Below, one piece after another: positions 1-12,700 of a DNA stretch of 64,000 bases (the first letter of the stretch is position 1; the number at the start of each line of letters is the position of its first letter). The notes under the pieces were generated by a model that saw nothing but the letters and a program-made list of their open reading frames with translations, made no database searches and had not been told where the DNA came from. Both the position numbers and the translations under genes were made by a program. Origin of the DNA: Paraspadella gotoi (Eukaryota > Animalia > Chaetognatha); contig CM119270.1 in assembly GCA_051294375.1 (NCBI GenBank), positions 6,999,279 to 7,063,278 of the forward strand. The letters run 5' to 3'.

Positions 1-1899
1 GTATTAGAATGAGTCGTTTGATGGATTTCTTAGTGAGTACGGAGGACTAATTTACAGAGGAGCCTCTTTTTTCTCTGTCACGAAACCCAAATCGGGTTAA
101 TGATGTCAGTTTCAAGTCAGTTAGAGTCATTTTCGTTTTCCGTTTTCTGTTTTTCATTGGCATGTATGAAATAAGAGCCTTTTTTGTTATTTTAGCTTCC
201 CTACATCATTGAGTTCTTTAATTTAATTTAATATCGCCCCAATTGCGATATCATCGTTAGTTACTTTAGACGTGGATCGATTCGTCAGGCGACTCGTCCT
301 TCTCACGCGGGGGTTTTTGCGCTTCGGCGCCTTATAAATTAGTCTTCCAAAGCTAGTTCAATTGTCAGACGAGAGAGAGAGATGTCGTTGAGAGAGATCG
401 AGAGTTAACTCGAGGAGAGCAGAGAGACGTCGAGATTGAGAGAGATTCGAGAGAGACGAGAGAGGCCACATCCGAGAGAGAGAGAGAGAGAGAGCGCTAA
501 TCCTTTGTCAGGCATAATTATCAGGATTCAATGCTTTTTAAGAAATAATTTTTATAACAGTACAATGTTTATTAGGTGTTTAGTGGGTGAAAATCCACTG
601 GCTGTCAAAGATGTCAATGGAGCCAGAGGCGTGTCATTCGTCTTTTAACTCAAAAGTGTGAATTAGGCTCTTATCCCGCATCTATCATAGTGCTAGAGCC
701 CGTTTCCGAAGCTATAGGACTGATAGTTTATGAACAGTTAATTAATTCTCTCTCAAGTTTTCGTATTGTTCAGTGACTCATTTAAGCTGTCTTTGTAAAT
801 TTTTCTACTTTTTTCAAACTTTAGATTCCGAATAATCAATTATTGGGAAACAAAAACCATCGTTCTTTTGTTGCGCTGAGCTTAAGGTAAGCACGCCTCT
901 AGCGAAAAATCAGTGGGTTCCCCTATATTGCGATGTATGAACAAAAGCACATTTAACAGTTTGTAAAATGACTGACAAATGTAAAATGAGGTTATTATTT
1001 GTAATGCGGCGCAAAGTCCTCGGACCCGTCCTCAAGGAAATATACAATACAAAACATCAACACTTATGCCTTCAGGTGACTCGAAACAACTTCAGTCATT
1101 TGGATGACCTAAGTCACAAAGATTTTTTTCAATGGTTTCCAAACCTTTTTATATTTTTCTAACATTAATTTAGAGGATTAGATAGTAATACTAGAAATAT
1201 TTCATTAAACCATTGCCAATACTGATTTTAATTCATCTTGTTTTTTCAGTCAAAATTATTTTGAAAATTTCAAATTTTTTTAAAAATTTTCCCCACAGAT
1301 TTTTTCGTCTCTTTCCAATCGTCATCTAAAAAATATATCATTTAAATAAAAATCAGTAAAACAAATAGTTAAGATTTAAGTATATCAACTGATATAAATT
1401 AACCCAATTAACTCAGTTAACTCAGTTAACCGTTTTTTATAAATTCAGACGGAACGCCTCTGTTCTTTTGTTGAGTTGTCTTTCCAAACTAAGAGAGAAT
1501 CTGTCGAGGGTTTTTTGAATTACATTAGGGAATCAAAAGAGCATTATTGAAGTTGGTAAAATTCTTATTCGATCCCTTTCAATAATAATATTCAATGATA
1601 ATAAGCTCGTTTTTCAACTGTATCTTTTAAATACCTGATATATAAATAATTAGAAATTAAAAAAAATCTTTCCTAATCTTGCCAAGTATTAAGATCCTTA
1701 CAACCTGAATAACAAAGCAAAACCAAACTAAAAAGAAGTAAATTAAACTGGCTGACTACTTAAATTTACTCTATAAAATTACTATATGACCGAAAAATGA
1801 GGAAACGAGAGATGAGATGAGATGAGATGTGCGATTTATTCCATAGAATTCTTTATTTTGATTAATGATGACGAAAGGTAAAGAAAATCGGTCAGAGTA

Positions 1900-1912
1900 G
1901 GAGAGAGAGACG

Positions 1913-1955
<43 letters not shown>

Positions 1956-1959
1956 AGAG

Positions 1960-1991
<32 letters not shown>

Positions 1992-2017
1992 AAGAGGAGA
2001 GAGAGAGAGAGAGAGAG
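1900..2017. repeat. Imperfect (AG)n microsatellite
   Basis: Directly visible; another (AG)n lies at 2419-2466. Confidence 0.9.
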
Positions 2018-2415
2018 AATGAATTTGCGTAGGATATCTCGCTCGCATTCCATTATCCATTGTTTTACCATTCAAATTCTCTCTTGAGTCTAAAGCTACT
2101 TATACCTTCGTGATAATTGTTAGTAGTTAAAAAACAAACCTCGCTATTTGCAAAACTTGATCCGTTCCGGTATGACTGACCCAGTTTTTCAACGCTCGTC
2201 GCCCTCATGATGCAATCCCCAATCCCGTCATCTTTCCTCAACTCACACCCCCTCCTTAAATCTCAACCCAGCACACTGGACAGTGCACACGCTTTACTAT
2301 ACACACCACAGTGCTCGCCGCTCTCTCGAATCCTTCCTATGTTTTTACACTCCGTATTCCCATTCCTGTTTCCACTCCAGTACATTTTCACTCATCATCA
2401 TTCCACTCCACTTAT

Positions 2416-2469
<54 letters not shown>

Positions 2470-2846
2470 ATCAGATCCGCATTTAGACGACGGTCGACTG
2501 CATCATATCGTCGTCCTCTCGCTCTCCCCTGCTCCGGCATTCTAATCTTCTAATCTTCCTCCTCCCATTTTTCTAATCCTTCCTTCCATTCTTTCTCATC
2601 TCTGCTCTTCTCCCTAATCTCTCCTCTTCTCCCTTCCCTTCTCCCTCATTCCCGCTCTCTCTCTCTCTCTCCTCTTTCTCTCTTTTTCCCCCCTTTCGTT
2701 TAGTCATTATACCTCGGATCCTCCCTGGCTGATTTTCCCTTGATCTCTCCTCTCCTCAGTCCTCTCCCTCTTTGCAACCATCTATTGTCCTCCCCTCTAA
2801 CGTCCTCTCATTCCAATTATCATCACGGATAATAATCGGTCATCCC

Positions 2847-3178
2847 TTTTTAGTTGCGCCGCGAGTCACTTTTCGGTCGGTCGGTCTGTCGGTCTATCCC
2901 ACTTACGTTAAAAATGCTCATAACTTGCATATAGTTGGTTGCTCATTTGTTAAGACAGGAAAAAAAATTAAATCTAAGGGACTGCAAGCGCCGCCTTCAG
3001 GAAATCCTAAAACTATAAAGAATAAAAGACAAAATTCTGATGCAATGCGTGTCATAAATACACCGGCTAAGATAGTTATTGTACTCATGTAGTCATGTCA
3101 TGTCATATCATTTCACGAGAAATACACGTGATAAGGCAATCACGGCGGCGCAACACATTTGAATTACCGTTCTTGTTT
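2847..3178 (+). mobile_element. Non-autonomous Helentron-associated (HINE/DINE-like) element, copy 1
   Basis: Starts TTTTTAGTTGCGCCGCG, followed by a (GTCG)n microsatellite. Subterminal inverted repeat GTTGCGCCGC (2853-2862) / GCGGCGCAAC (3145-3154). Ends CTTGTT in a T-run. A homologous inverted copy lies at 34695-34996. Confidence 0.7.
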
Positions 3179-3694
3179 TTTTAAAAGTCTCATTCCTCGA
3201 TTTCTGTTTTCCCTCCTTATGAACTGAATTCCTCCACTTTCCTCGCAACTATTAATATCACTAATTGAATTCATTACCTCTTTTCTTCATCACCAGATTT
3301 TTTTTTCGCTTTTAACGGGTTAAAACCGATTGACACTCGACCACTTGCAGCACAACCCTTTTCCTCTCCCCCTTTCTATTTTATTCCAACTGGCTTATTA
3401 TTAAATTATAGCCAACTTATCTCCTAATTTCCTCAGGTATTGGCACAACCATTATAAAATTATTCATTCATTAAAAAACCAGCTATCCTGCCCGAGACTT
3501 TGGACATTGGACATTGGGCAATGGACAAGCATTGGTGGATTAAGGACGTCATCCCTCTTTAACTTTCCTAATTTACGTAATGTTTTCCATAAACTCTAAA
3601 AATGTCCTTTCTAACTATTCAATTTTCAATTATAAAATTTTTCCATCATTCCTTTCCATTTTTTCCTTCCCTCACCCTTCTTTAGCCATCTCCA

Positions 3695-3948
3695 TTATGA
3701 AATTGGTGCAACCAATATAAAATAATCGATTCGTTTAATAAATAAGCTATCATGCCCCTTACTTTTTGGACAGCCGATGGAAGGTTAAGACATCTATCCC
3801 TCTTACAAGATAATAACATAGCAGGCCCGTAAGCTTTCGCATTCAAGACTCTCTCACAGTCTCGTTTATTCACTGCCAGAGGAGTGCCTGCTTCCATATC
3901 AATGAAGTGGTATAACATTCCCAAGTATGTTTATTTTGTATAAAAAGG
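3695..3948. repeat. Dispersed ~255-bp orphan repeat, copy A
   Basis: Aligns by eye with 47671-47932 and 47992-48253 (TTATGAAATTGGT.CAACCAATATAA, TAATAAATAAGCTATC, CATAGCAGG, TCAAGACTCT.TCACAGT, TATCAATGAAGTGG). Confidence 0.85.
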
Positions 3949-4848
3949 ATAGGGTGCTAAATCTTATTTATACTTTATTTAGCCTCCAGCCCATATTCCA
4001 CCTCTCACCCTTTATTCAATTTCCATCATTTCTCCTATTTTAAACTCCGACCTTCATCTCATCTCCTTTACTCACCCCTCTTTCCACCTCTTCCCACCAT
4101 CTTCCTCATTCCACCACTGCCCCAACACCACCACCCAACGCCCCATTTCGGATTCCATTCACCATATTTTTTATCGTCCGATTTTTTTTCTTCGTCATCA
4201 GTCATCCGAAGGGAGAAACCGGGATTTCCCTTCTCTCTTTTTTTTTTCCCTTTTTTTTCCGATTGTTATTCTCCTTCTTGTTTTTCGTTCCTTTTCCTTT
4301 TAGCGAACTTCATCCCCTATACTTTGTTCTCCTTCCTTTTCATGTTCTTCGTTAATCTAACTTTGTTCTCTTCCTATCAGTCTTGTTCATCCACTTCTAA
4401 CTCTAAAGGTTGTTTTTTCCTCTCAGATTTCTTAATCCCTTTTGATATTTTCTCTTCGTTTCTATCTTTCTTCTCTTCCTTCATTCTTACTTATTTTACT
4501 TTTTTTCTTCCTCTTTCTCTTTCCTTCCGTTCTCCTTCTACAAATCTGTTCTCCCGCAAATAACTCTGTCCCGAATCCGAATCGCATTTCGTTCTCCTCC
4601 TCAATTGAACACCGCCACCCCATGTGCCCCTTTCTCCATTCTGATTGTCTTTGGAAGGAGCGAGGGTGTAGGGTGGTAGGGGTGGAAGGTGGTAGAGGTG
4701 GTAGAGGTGAGCGGAATAGAAGATAAGGAGGGGGCGTTGCCCGAGGGTCGGTCGGTTGCGAAGGCAGCGGCCAAGAGGCGGACAAAGATTTCCGCCCCCC
4801 GGAAATTGGCGGAGAAAATCCAACAAGTTAATGACCAGCGACTGGAAA

Positions 4849-4964
<116 letters not shown>

Positions 4965-5790
4965 CCTCCTCTTCCTGCCTTAACCCAGAAAGATAAAGAT
5001 AGTTAATTGGGCCAAATCCATAGATCATGAAATTTTGACAACGAATCGGGGGAGACTTGGAGGCAGTCGATTCAATATTAATTTGGATATTAGATATTTA
5101 TAAACTTAACTTTAGATTGTAATTGTAACCGATGAATATTTTTTAATCGTTTATCATATATATATGTTATCACATATACACAATACTTCTTATGAAAAAA
5201 AGCAAGATTTAAAATAACACAAAAACTGAAAATCAAAAAAAATAATCCTATAAAAAAACTGGTTCGGAAGATCTGAAATTCCGAATGTGGTTTTTGATCT
5301 CAATTCCATTTTCCGTCGGAAGAATATTATCATTTGCGATATGACGACGACGACGACGACAGAAACGTTAATGATGAAGTCGTCTTCCTTCCCCTCCCGC
5401 TTTCCTTCTCCCCCCCCCTACCACCCCGTCCCATTTTCAGCGATGTGATTTTTTTTTCGGCGCAGAGTGAGCGGTTTTAGTGCAGCTCCTTGTTGCTGAG
5501 CGCCGAAATAACAGGACACGAACTTAGTGGGGTCATATTAGCAGAGGGCGCTGCGAGTACGTAATGGGACGTTTCGAGAGGCTAAAAATTGGCAACGTGA
5601 AGCCAAAAGAATGTCGACACTGACACTAGTCAACAACAACAGTGCCTTGAGCTGAAACTGCGGTGTGTAATGATTAGGTGTACGGGTTGACGCTTAGCAG
5701 AGATTGGCTGTCGGTTGAGAGAGAAGGTTTAAGCGCCACTGAAGGAAGCAAAACGAGTTGTCAGTTTGGTGGACGGCTGGGGAAATGAGA

Positions 5791-5850
5791 GAAAAGAAAA
5801 GAAAAGAAAAGAAAAGAAAAGAAAAGAAAAGAAAAGAAAAGAAAAGAAAA
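5791..5850. repeat. (GAAAA)n pentanucleotide microsatellite
   Basis: About 12 units, directly visible. Confidence 0.95.
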
Positions 5851-6719
5851 AGTTAGAAAAAATACTATCTTGTATAAGATTTTTAAACAATCAGGTCGGA
5901 GAGGTCAGCTAATAGATACCGTACAACGCCAAAAAGTAACTTGATAACTTACTGACTAAGACGAAAAACATGAATGAAAATCTAAAAATAATTTGACATA
6001 ATAACCATTCATTATTGGACTAAACGCTGTTACAGTAAATCATGACTGCGAAATATTGAATTATTCTATGAAAATAATTAATAAGAAATGATCGAAAAAA
6101 AACTGGAGTAAACAAACTCAATGAGAGTAATAATAATAATAATTAGAAGCTAATAATGAAAAAGCGGCATAATTATTTCTTTTTTTTTTTTTGCTATGGG
6201 TTTGAAGAACAGCCCCCAAACGAAATAAAAACATAGTAAATATATAGAAGCGGGTCGAAGTTACAATTTGGTAATAAAAAACTAGAACAGACTACCAATG
6301 TATTGACCAGACGCGATTTTGTACCCATTACCAAAAATAAAAAAATAAAAAAATAAATGGTAAGTACGATAACACGCGCACACACATGAAAAAATAAAAA
6401 ATTAAAAAAATAAAAGAAAAAGAAGAAGACAATAAATGTAATTAAAGGAAGAACGAAGCAACGTCTCAAAAGAGAGAAGGAAGCATGGGGAGGGAAGGAG
6501 TTCCTAATTCTAGAAAAAAAAAAACAGTTAGAAAATGGAAAAAAAAAGGGAAAGATGGCGGGAAAGAGAGGAAAGTTAGGATGAGAATGAGGCAAGGAAG
6601 AAGCAGGGAAGAGAGAAAGGAGAGGAAGGGAGTGGGATAAGAAAATAGGGAAAGAGAGAGAATGAAAAAAAATATCGAGAATTCCCAAAACTCTCTCTTT
6701 CCTCTCCTCCTTTCTACCT

Positions 6720-9700
6720 TCAAACCCTCCCCCCAGGATTGGACAGCCTCTTGAAGGAAGACCTGCTCGTCCTCTTCTTGTCCATGATGAGCTTGTCGTG
6801 CTTGACGAAGACGCCGTGTCTCTTTTTGCATCGAAAATATCGCGTCCCCTTCACCGAACCGTCGTTCTTGCCCAGCGGCTGCTCCAGCGAGACCCCGATC
6901 CACGTGTGGTCGGCGAACTCGGTCGGGCCCACGTAGCTCACGGTTCCGGGCTGCGGTCCCGTGGAGAGCTGGACCACGCAAGCGGAGCCGAGCTGGATCC
7001 AGCTGGGCACGGGCGACTCCCTGGCCCCGAAGTGGTCCAGGTCGGCCCGGCTGCCGAAGGAGTAGGTGGAGAGGGTGTCCTCGTCCTCGCCCTCGGAGTT
7101 GGCGTCGCCGGCGACGGAAGTTTCCAGCTCTTGGCGATGGAGCGACATCTGGTGGGCGATGGTGGCGGCCGAAGACCGGTTGTCGGTCGTGGAACGGAGG
7201 CCGACGCTGGAGCGGTTGTCGGCCTTTTGCAGGTTGGAGTCGGAGTTGGAGACGACGACGGGACGGGGCTTTTGACTAATACCGTTGGGCAAGGGAGGGC
7301 GGGGATTGGGCATGGAGTCGGGCAAGGGCGGACTGGGTTTGGGCTCTGTGTCGGGCAAGAGAGTTTGGCGTGCGGTGTCGGGAAAGGGAGAGTGAGAATC
7401 GGGCAAGGAGGCGATATCGGTAGCGAAGTTTAATTGGGTTTGAGTCCGGAGTTTTTCCTCTAAACTAATGACTGTTTCGGATTCTCCCTTCTCCGTTTCG
7501 TCGTCGCCGTTCTCGCTGAGTGGAGACTTCTCGTCGTCGCCGAAGTCGGCGTTCTTCCTCGCCGAGTCTTCGTTCTCCTCGAGGATTCGCTCGTTTCGTA
7601 GAGTTTCGTTCTCCCCGTTCAGAATAGGCAGGGTTTCGTTCTCCCGCTTCTCGTTCTCCCGACCCTCGTCCGAATCGTGATCTATCAACGACTCCACCTC
7701 TTCCGGATCTCCATTCTCCTCTTCCTCCTCCTCCCTTCCTCTTCCTCCTCCATCTCCCTCTCCTTCTTCTTCCTCCTCCTCTTCCTCCTCTTCGCTCCTC
7801 CCTCCCCTTCCTTTCCAATTCCCTTCAGAGTTTTCGATCCCAGAGTCGACGTTGTCGGCGCTGGAAGACGTCGCCAGAGTCGTGGGCGTCGTCGTCGTCG
7901 CTGTTGTCGTCGCTATCGTCGTCGGCGACTTGTAACACTCGAAATCCTGAGCGAAGATTCAAAATAACGTAGAAATTCAAAAAAGATTTCATAATCTTTA
8001 ATTTGAAAGTCGATCTTTTCATCTAATTTACTGAGATGAATCAGACAAAATTTGTTTTGTTTCCTCTTTACTACTTTGATCTACTATTAGTTATCTAACT
8101 AGTAGTTATTAAACCTTAATAAAACCGTAAAAAATCTTTATTTAATTTCAAAACAATATGTTTTTTTATTTTAATATCAGTTGTCCTAAGTTCTAAACTT
8201 ACTTGAAACTCATCTTCGTCGTCCTCCACTATTTGCCCGATGAAGCTACCCGACTTCCTCACCTCCACTCCTCCTCCTCCTCCTCCTCCCCCTTTCCTCT
8301 CCTTCTCCTCGATCACGGTCATCATCGGCTTCACCAATTTAGTCTGCGGACTAGCGACGCCGGCTTTAAACGGGACGACGCCGCCGACGACGCCGCCCGA
8401 TCTGGAACCGGCCGGCGCCTCCGGCACAGACCGACGTTTGAAGGAACCTTCGCCGACCGGGGTCGAAGTGACGGGACCGTAAGGAGCGACGACGGCGCCG
8501 GTCCCGGCGCCTCCTCCTCCGGCGTTCGCCACCAACGCTCCGTCCGCGAAAGGGCTGGTGAGATCCTGCACGCTGTCGGCGCGGAACTGAGCGTCGAGTC
8601 CGTAGGTGAAGGATTCGCTCCGGCCCATGTGATTGATGTTAGGCACGCTGACCGTCTTGCGCATCGTCAGCATTTGACCTCGAGAGGTCAGCGTCTCTTT
8701 GAGCGCCACCTCTTGGCGGAGTCGGTCCAGCGCCAAGATGCTCTCCACGTTGGAGACGCCGCGGATGTATTTCTCGATGTAGGTCTCCCCGGCGTCGTCC
8801 TCCTGATTGGGAGAGTAAATGATTGATTTGTTTACTGATTGGTTGAAGCAGTTTATAATTTGATTTGATCTGGTTTGACGGAATGATTGAATGATTGATT
8901 GACTGATTGAATCAATCCCAATCTTTACCATCAACAACTCACCTGCGCCTCCCCCGAAGCGGCCATCATGGCCAACGTCTCCCTGTCCTCCATCTCCTCC
9001 GACGCCCGCGGAATGTTGGAGACGATCTCGTAGGTGACGCCCGTCGATGTCACGAAGTCGGCGCCTTTGCCGACGACGCGGATCGACTTGAGCCTGTCCA
9101 TCATGCCCGGCTTGAAGACGTTGATGCAGAGGCGCTTGCGGAGGATCAACTCCATGGCGGCCGGATGAGACAGGCGGACGACGCACTTGAGGATCAGGTA
9201 GATGCGCTCGTTGGTTTGCGTCAGGCGGTTGAGGTGGATGGAGTCGTGGACGGAGGAATCCCACGAGGCGACGCAGCAGACGTCGCCGTCGCCGATGACG
9301 AGAGTCGGGATGGTGAACATCTTTCCTCCGTGTTCCTTGGGAAATAGTGGGACGGAGAGCGGATGTGAGAAAAGTGAAATGATTGCTCAAAAAAAGAAGA
9401 AAAAAAAACTGTTTCCTTTACTACTAATTATGACATGAAAATACATGTGGAAATGTCTTATTTTTTTTATTTTTGCACGGCAATTCCCTTCATAAAAATT
9501 TTATGAAAAAATACTAAAAATCAATAGTTTCGAGTTATTTTAAATTTTTAAATACTAAAAATACGGCCGTGACTTCTTTATAGAAAACATCCAATAGCGA
9601 TTTCGTTTTCGACTGATCGATTCAATGGCGCAAAATGAATGTTAGATTATTTGATCTCCTGACTTACAGATTTATTGATTGAAACAACAGTAAAAGCATA

Positions 9701-12700
9701 AACTTACTTTCGGTAATATGGAATTAATCCCGGCCGCGTTTCTTCCCTCTATCGGCAAATTCGTGCTCATATCCTCCGCGTTTAGATCCAAAAATATCAC
9801 AGGAATGTGTTGCTCCATCCCGGCGGGCGGACGCCAGTCGGCCGGGGCGCCGGGAATGCCGCTTCCCGGCGCCGGAAGCAGAACGGCGTTCCTCTCCTCC
9901 GTCATGCCGATCCATTGATCGATGAGCGCCTTCTCTCTCTCCGTGTCCTGATCCGTCTTGTCCTTCTTATGCATGAGACGCTTGATCTGCTCGTCCAGGT
10001 ATGCCTTGCGCTTGTTGAGGGCATCCGACCATTTTTCCCTGAGGACGTTGAGATCCTCCTCCTGGTAAGAGTCGAGTCCCTTCTGGATCTTGGACCGCGG
10101 AGAGATGGAACCGACGGAGATGGAACCGATGGATTCGCAGATGATGGGCAGCGTCCCGCTGTTGGCCACCGGTTTGACGCTGACCTTGATGCGGCGGGAG
10201 TGGCCCTGCCGCAGCTGGTAAGTCCCTCCGGTGAGGACGTCGGCATTGTTCTGCGACACTTCCACCGGACAGTAGTCGCCCTGTTCGTTGAGTTCGAGGA
10301 TTTCCGTCCAGAGTTCGACGCGGCGCTTGACTTCCGTCCACCTGTCGACCAGCGAATGGGACTTGGCCTCCAGGCTCTCCACCTGCCAGGCGTTCTGCCC
10401 GTGGGTGAAGCCCGTCGCCCGGTGGCCCCAGATTTCCACGGAGAGGGCCCCGCCTTCGAGGAGGTGTTCGAGGAACTCTTCGGTGAGGCGGACCTGAGAG
10501 AAAGATTGACGTTACAATTACTATTTTATTAAGTAAATAATTAGAATAATTAACGAATTAATTAATAGTAACAAACAAATAAATAAAAATAAATATAAAT
10601 AGATAAATAAAAATAAATAAATATTTTTAATGAGTTCAAATTATTAATTTAACGAAAAAAATTAGACGTGAAAAAACCTTTTAAAAATAATTCTAAGTCT
10701 ACCTTGAACTGACGGGCGTGATTGAAGGCGAAGGTGACGGAGTCCTTGCCCGCCGTGCTGCCCGCCATGTCGGGCGCCGCTACGATCGGCTGCGGATCTC
10801 CCCAAAACGCGTATTGACAGAAGACAAAGTTGGCCAGGGAAGGAGGCAGCCCCGTCGCCTCCTTGATGCTCAGTTGACACGTGACGAAGGCGCCGCCGCC
10901 GTCCTCGTCGACGGGAGGGTAGCAGTCGCGCCGGTCCAACTGCCCGTGGATCTTCTGGAGGACGACGTGGAGTCGGCCCGTTACCTCGCCGTGCTGGGAG
11001 ATAATGGGAACCTGGTAGTCGAGCGGCGCCTCGTGGAAGAGCGCCTCCATGAAGACGTTGGCGACGCCTATGAGCTTGTGATTCTCCACGGACTCGTAAA
11101 AGGGGTCGCTGTCAGGATTGGGCTCTTCCTCCAGAGGATGGTGGACCTGTGGGCGGAGATGGGTTATGACAGATGCGAATGGGTGTCTAGAAGAATTGCT
11201 CGATACGATATTAGAGACAGGCAACGGAACTGAGTAAGATTTTTGTTATTTTTATTATTCATAACAAAAACGATATTAACAGTTTAACTTACTGAGTCAT
11301 TCATTTTTATATATACCGAAGAGCAGTATCAGAAAATAGCCAAGTAAGAAAATGAGCAAGTCAAAAAATACAACATTAATAAGCATAAAAAATATAATAC
11401 TAAAATGTTTTCCCTCCGTAACACATCCCAGTAATTCAACACAAATTAACTTATACCGGACTGGCAAAACCTAATAACAACTAAAAACAAAGAACAACGA
11501 TAAAATGAGATGGAAAATCCGGTACTACAATATGCAAATGAGATTGATGAACTCAATCACTCCGTTAATCACCTCCTCTCCCAAATACATCTCCCGCATC
11601 TTGATGATCTTGTCCTCGAGTTTGTCACATGACCAGACTTGGTTCTCCTTGTTGCGCCGTTTGACGAGGATTGCCGGCTCGCTCAGTAGAACCCCGCGCT
11701 TGCGCGGGCTCAGGTTTTGGGCGGGGATTTGGAGGGTGACCTGAAGAAGTGGGGGTAGAGAAAAAGAGAGATGGAGACAATCAGACATTAAGAATAATTT
11801 TTCCAAAGAGAAGAAATTCAGACGAGCGAGAGAGAGAGAGTGAGAGAGAGAGAGATAAACACTTCAAAATGTAGGGAGATTATATAAAGTTTTACAAAGA
11901 TCAAACATTTAGGTTTATACATGGTTACATTGATTAGTGATAAGCGACTGTTTTTAACAAAGCCATGATGAATTTAGATTAAATTCTATATACACGTATT
12001 TAATGTAGTTTATGCTCAAGATTGTACTCTATATTCAAATGAAAATTACCAACCAGATTTTTAAATTCGTTTCCAACTTATCCTCAAAAATTCGTAGTCA
12101 ATAAGTAAATGTTTTGTAAAAAATCATTTATTTAGTTGAATAATCGACTTCTTTATTCACCTGGAACTGCACATTTCTTCCCATCTCCAGCGCTAGAGAG
12201 TTGGCCTCCCTGACCAGGGCGTTGGCCTTGATGAGGTCCTCACGGAGGCGGGCCAGGCTCTGCTTGAACAGGGCGTCGCGGTGCTGGATGCCGGCGCCGT
12301 AGCGATTGTTGGCCGGCGACCAGCAGGTGTAGAGGTTATTGAAGTCGGCCACCCCGTGGAGAGACGACGACGGCGACAGAGATTGCGGACCCGAGGGTGA
12401 CCCCAGACCCGGACCAACGTGTTGCAGCAGCAGCTCCATCTGCTTCTCGTACATCTGCCGCTGCTTCTCCAGCGCCTCCTGCTTGTCCTCTTCGTGCTGC
12501 CGCTCCAGCTGGGCCATGGCCTGCTGGATGGGATCGTTGCTCAGCTCCTTGAGCATGAGCTCTTGCTGGGCGTACTCCCAGGCGGTCATCCGCTCCGGTT
12601 CGCGGGCGGAGGAGGAGGAGGAAGAAGAGGATGACGAAGAGGCGTCGCCGCCGAAGCCGCCGCCGCCGGAGAGGTTCTCGTTGAAGGAATTGCTCGCGCC

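Noticed and set aside
3682-3924. Similar small ORFs at 3682-3924 and 47992-48195 as a paralogous peptide family
   Set aside because: They lie within the orphan repeat, have non-ATG starts, and single-base indels between copies break the frame.
7698-7946. Apparent frameshift in the last KIF13 exon
   Set aside because: Recounting shows 7946-6720 is one open frame; the ORF track merely starts at an internal GTG.
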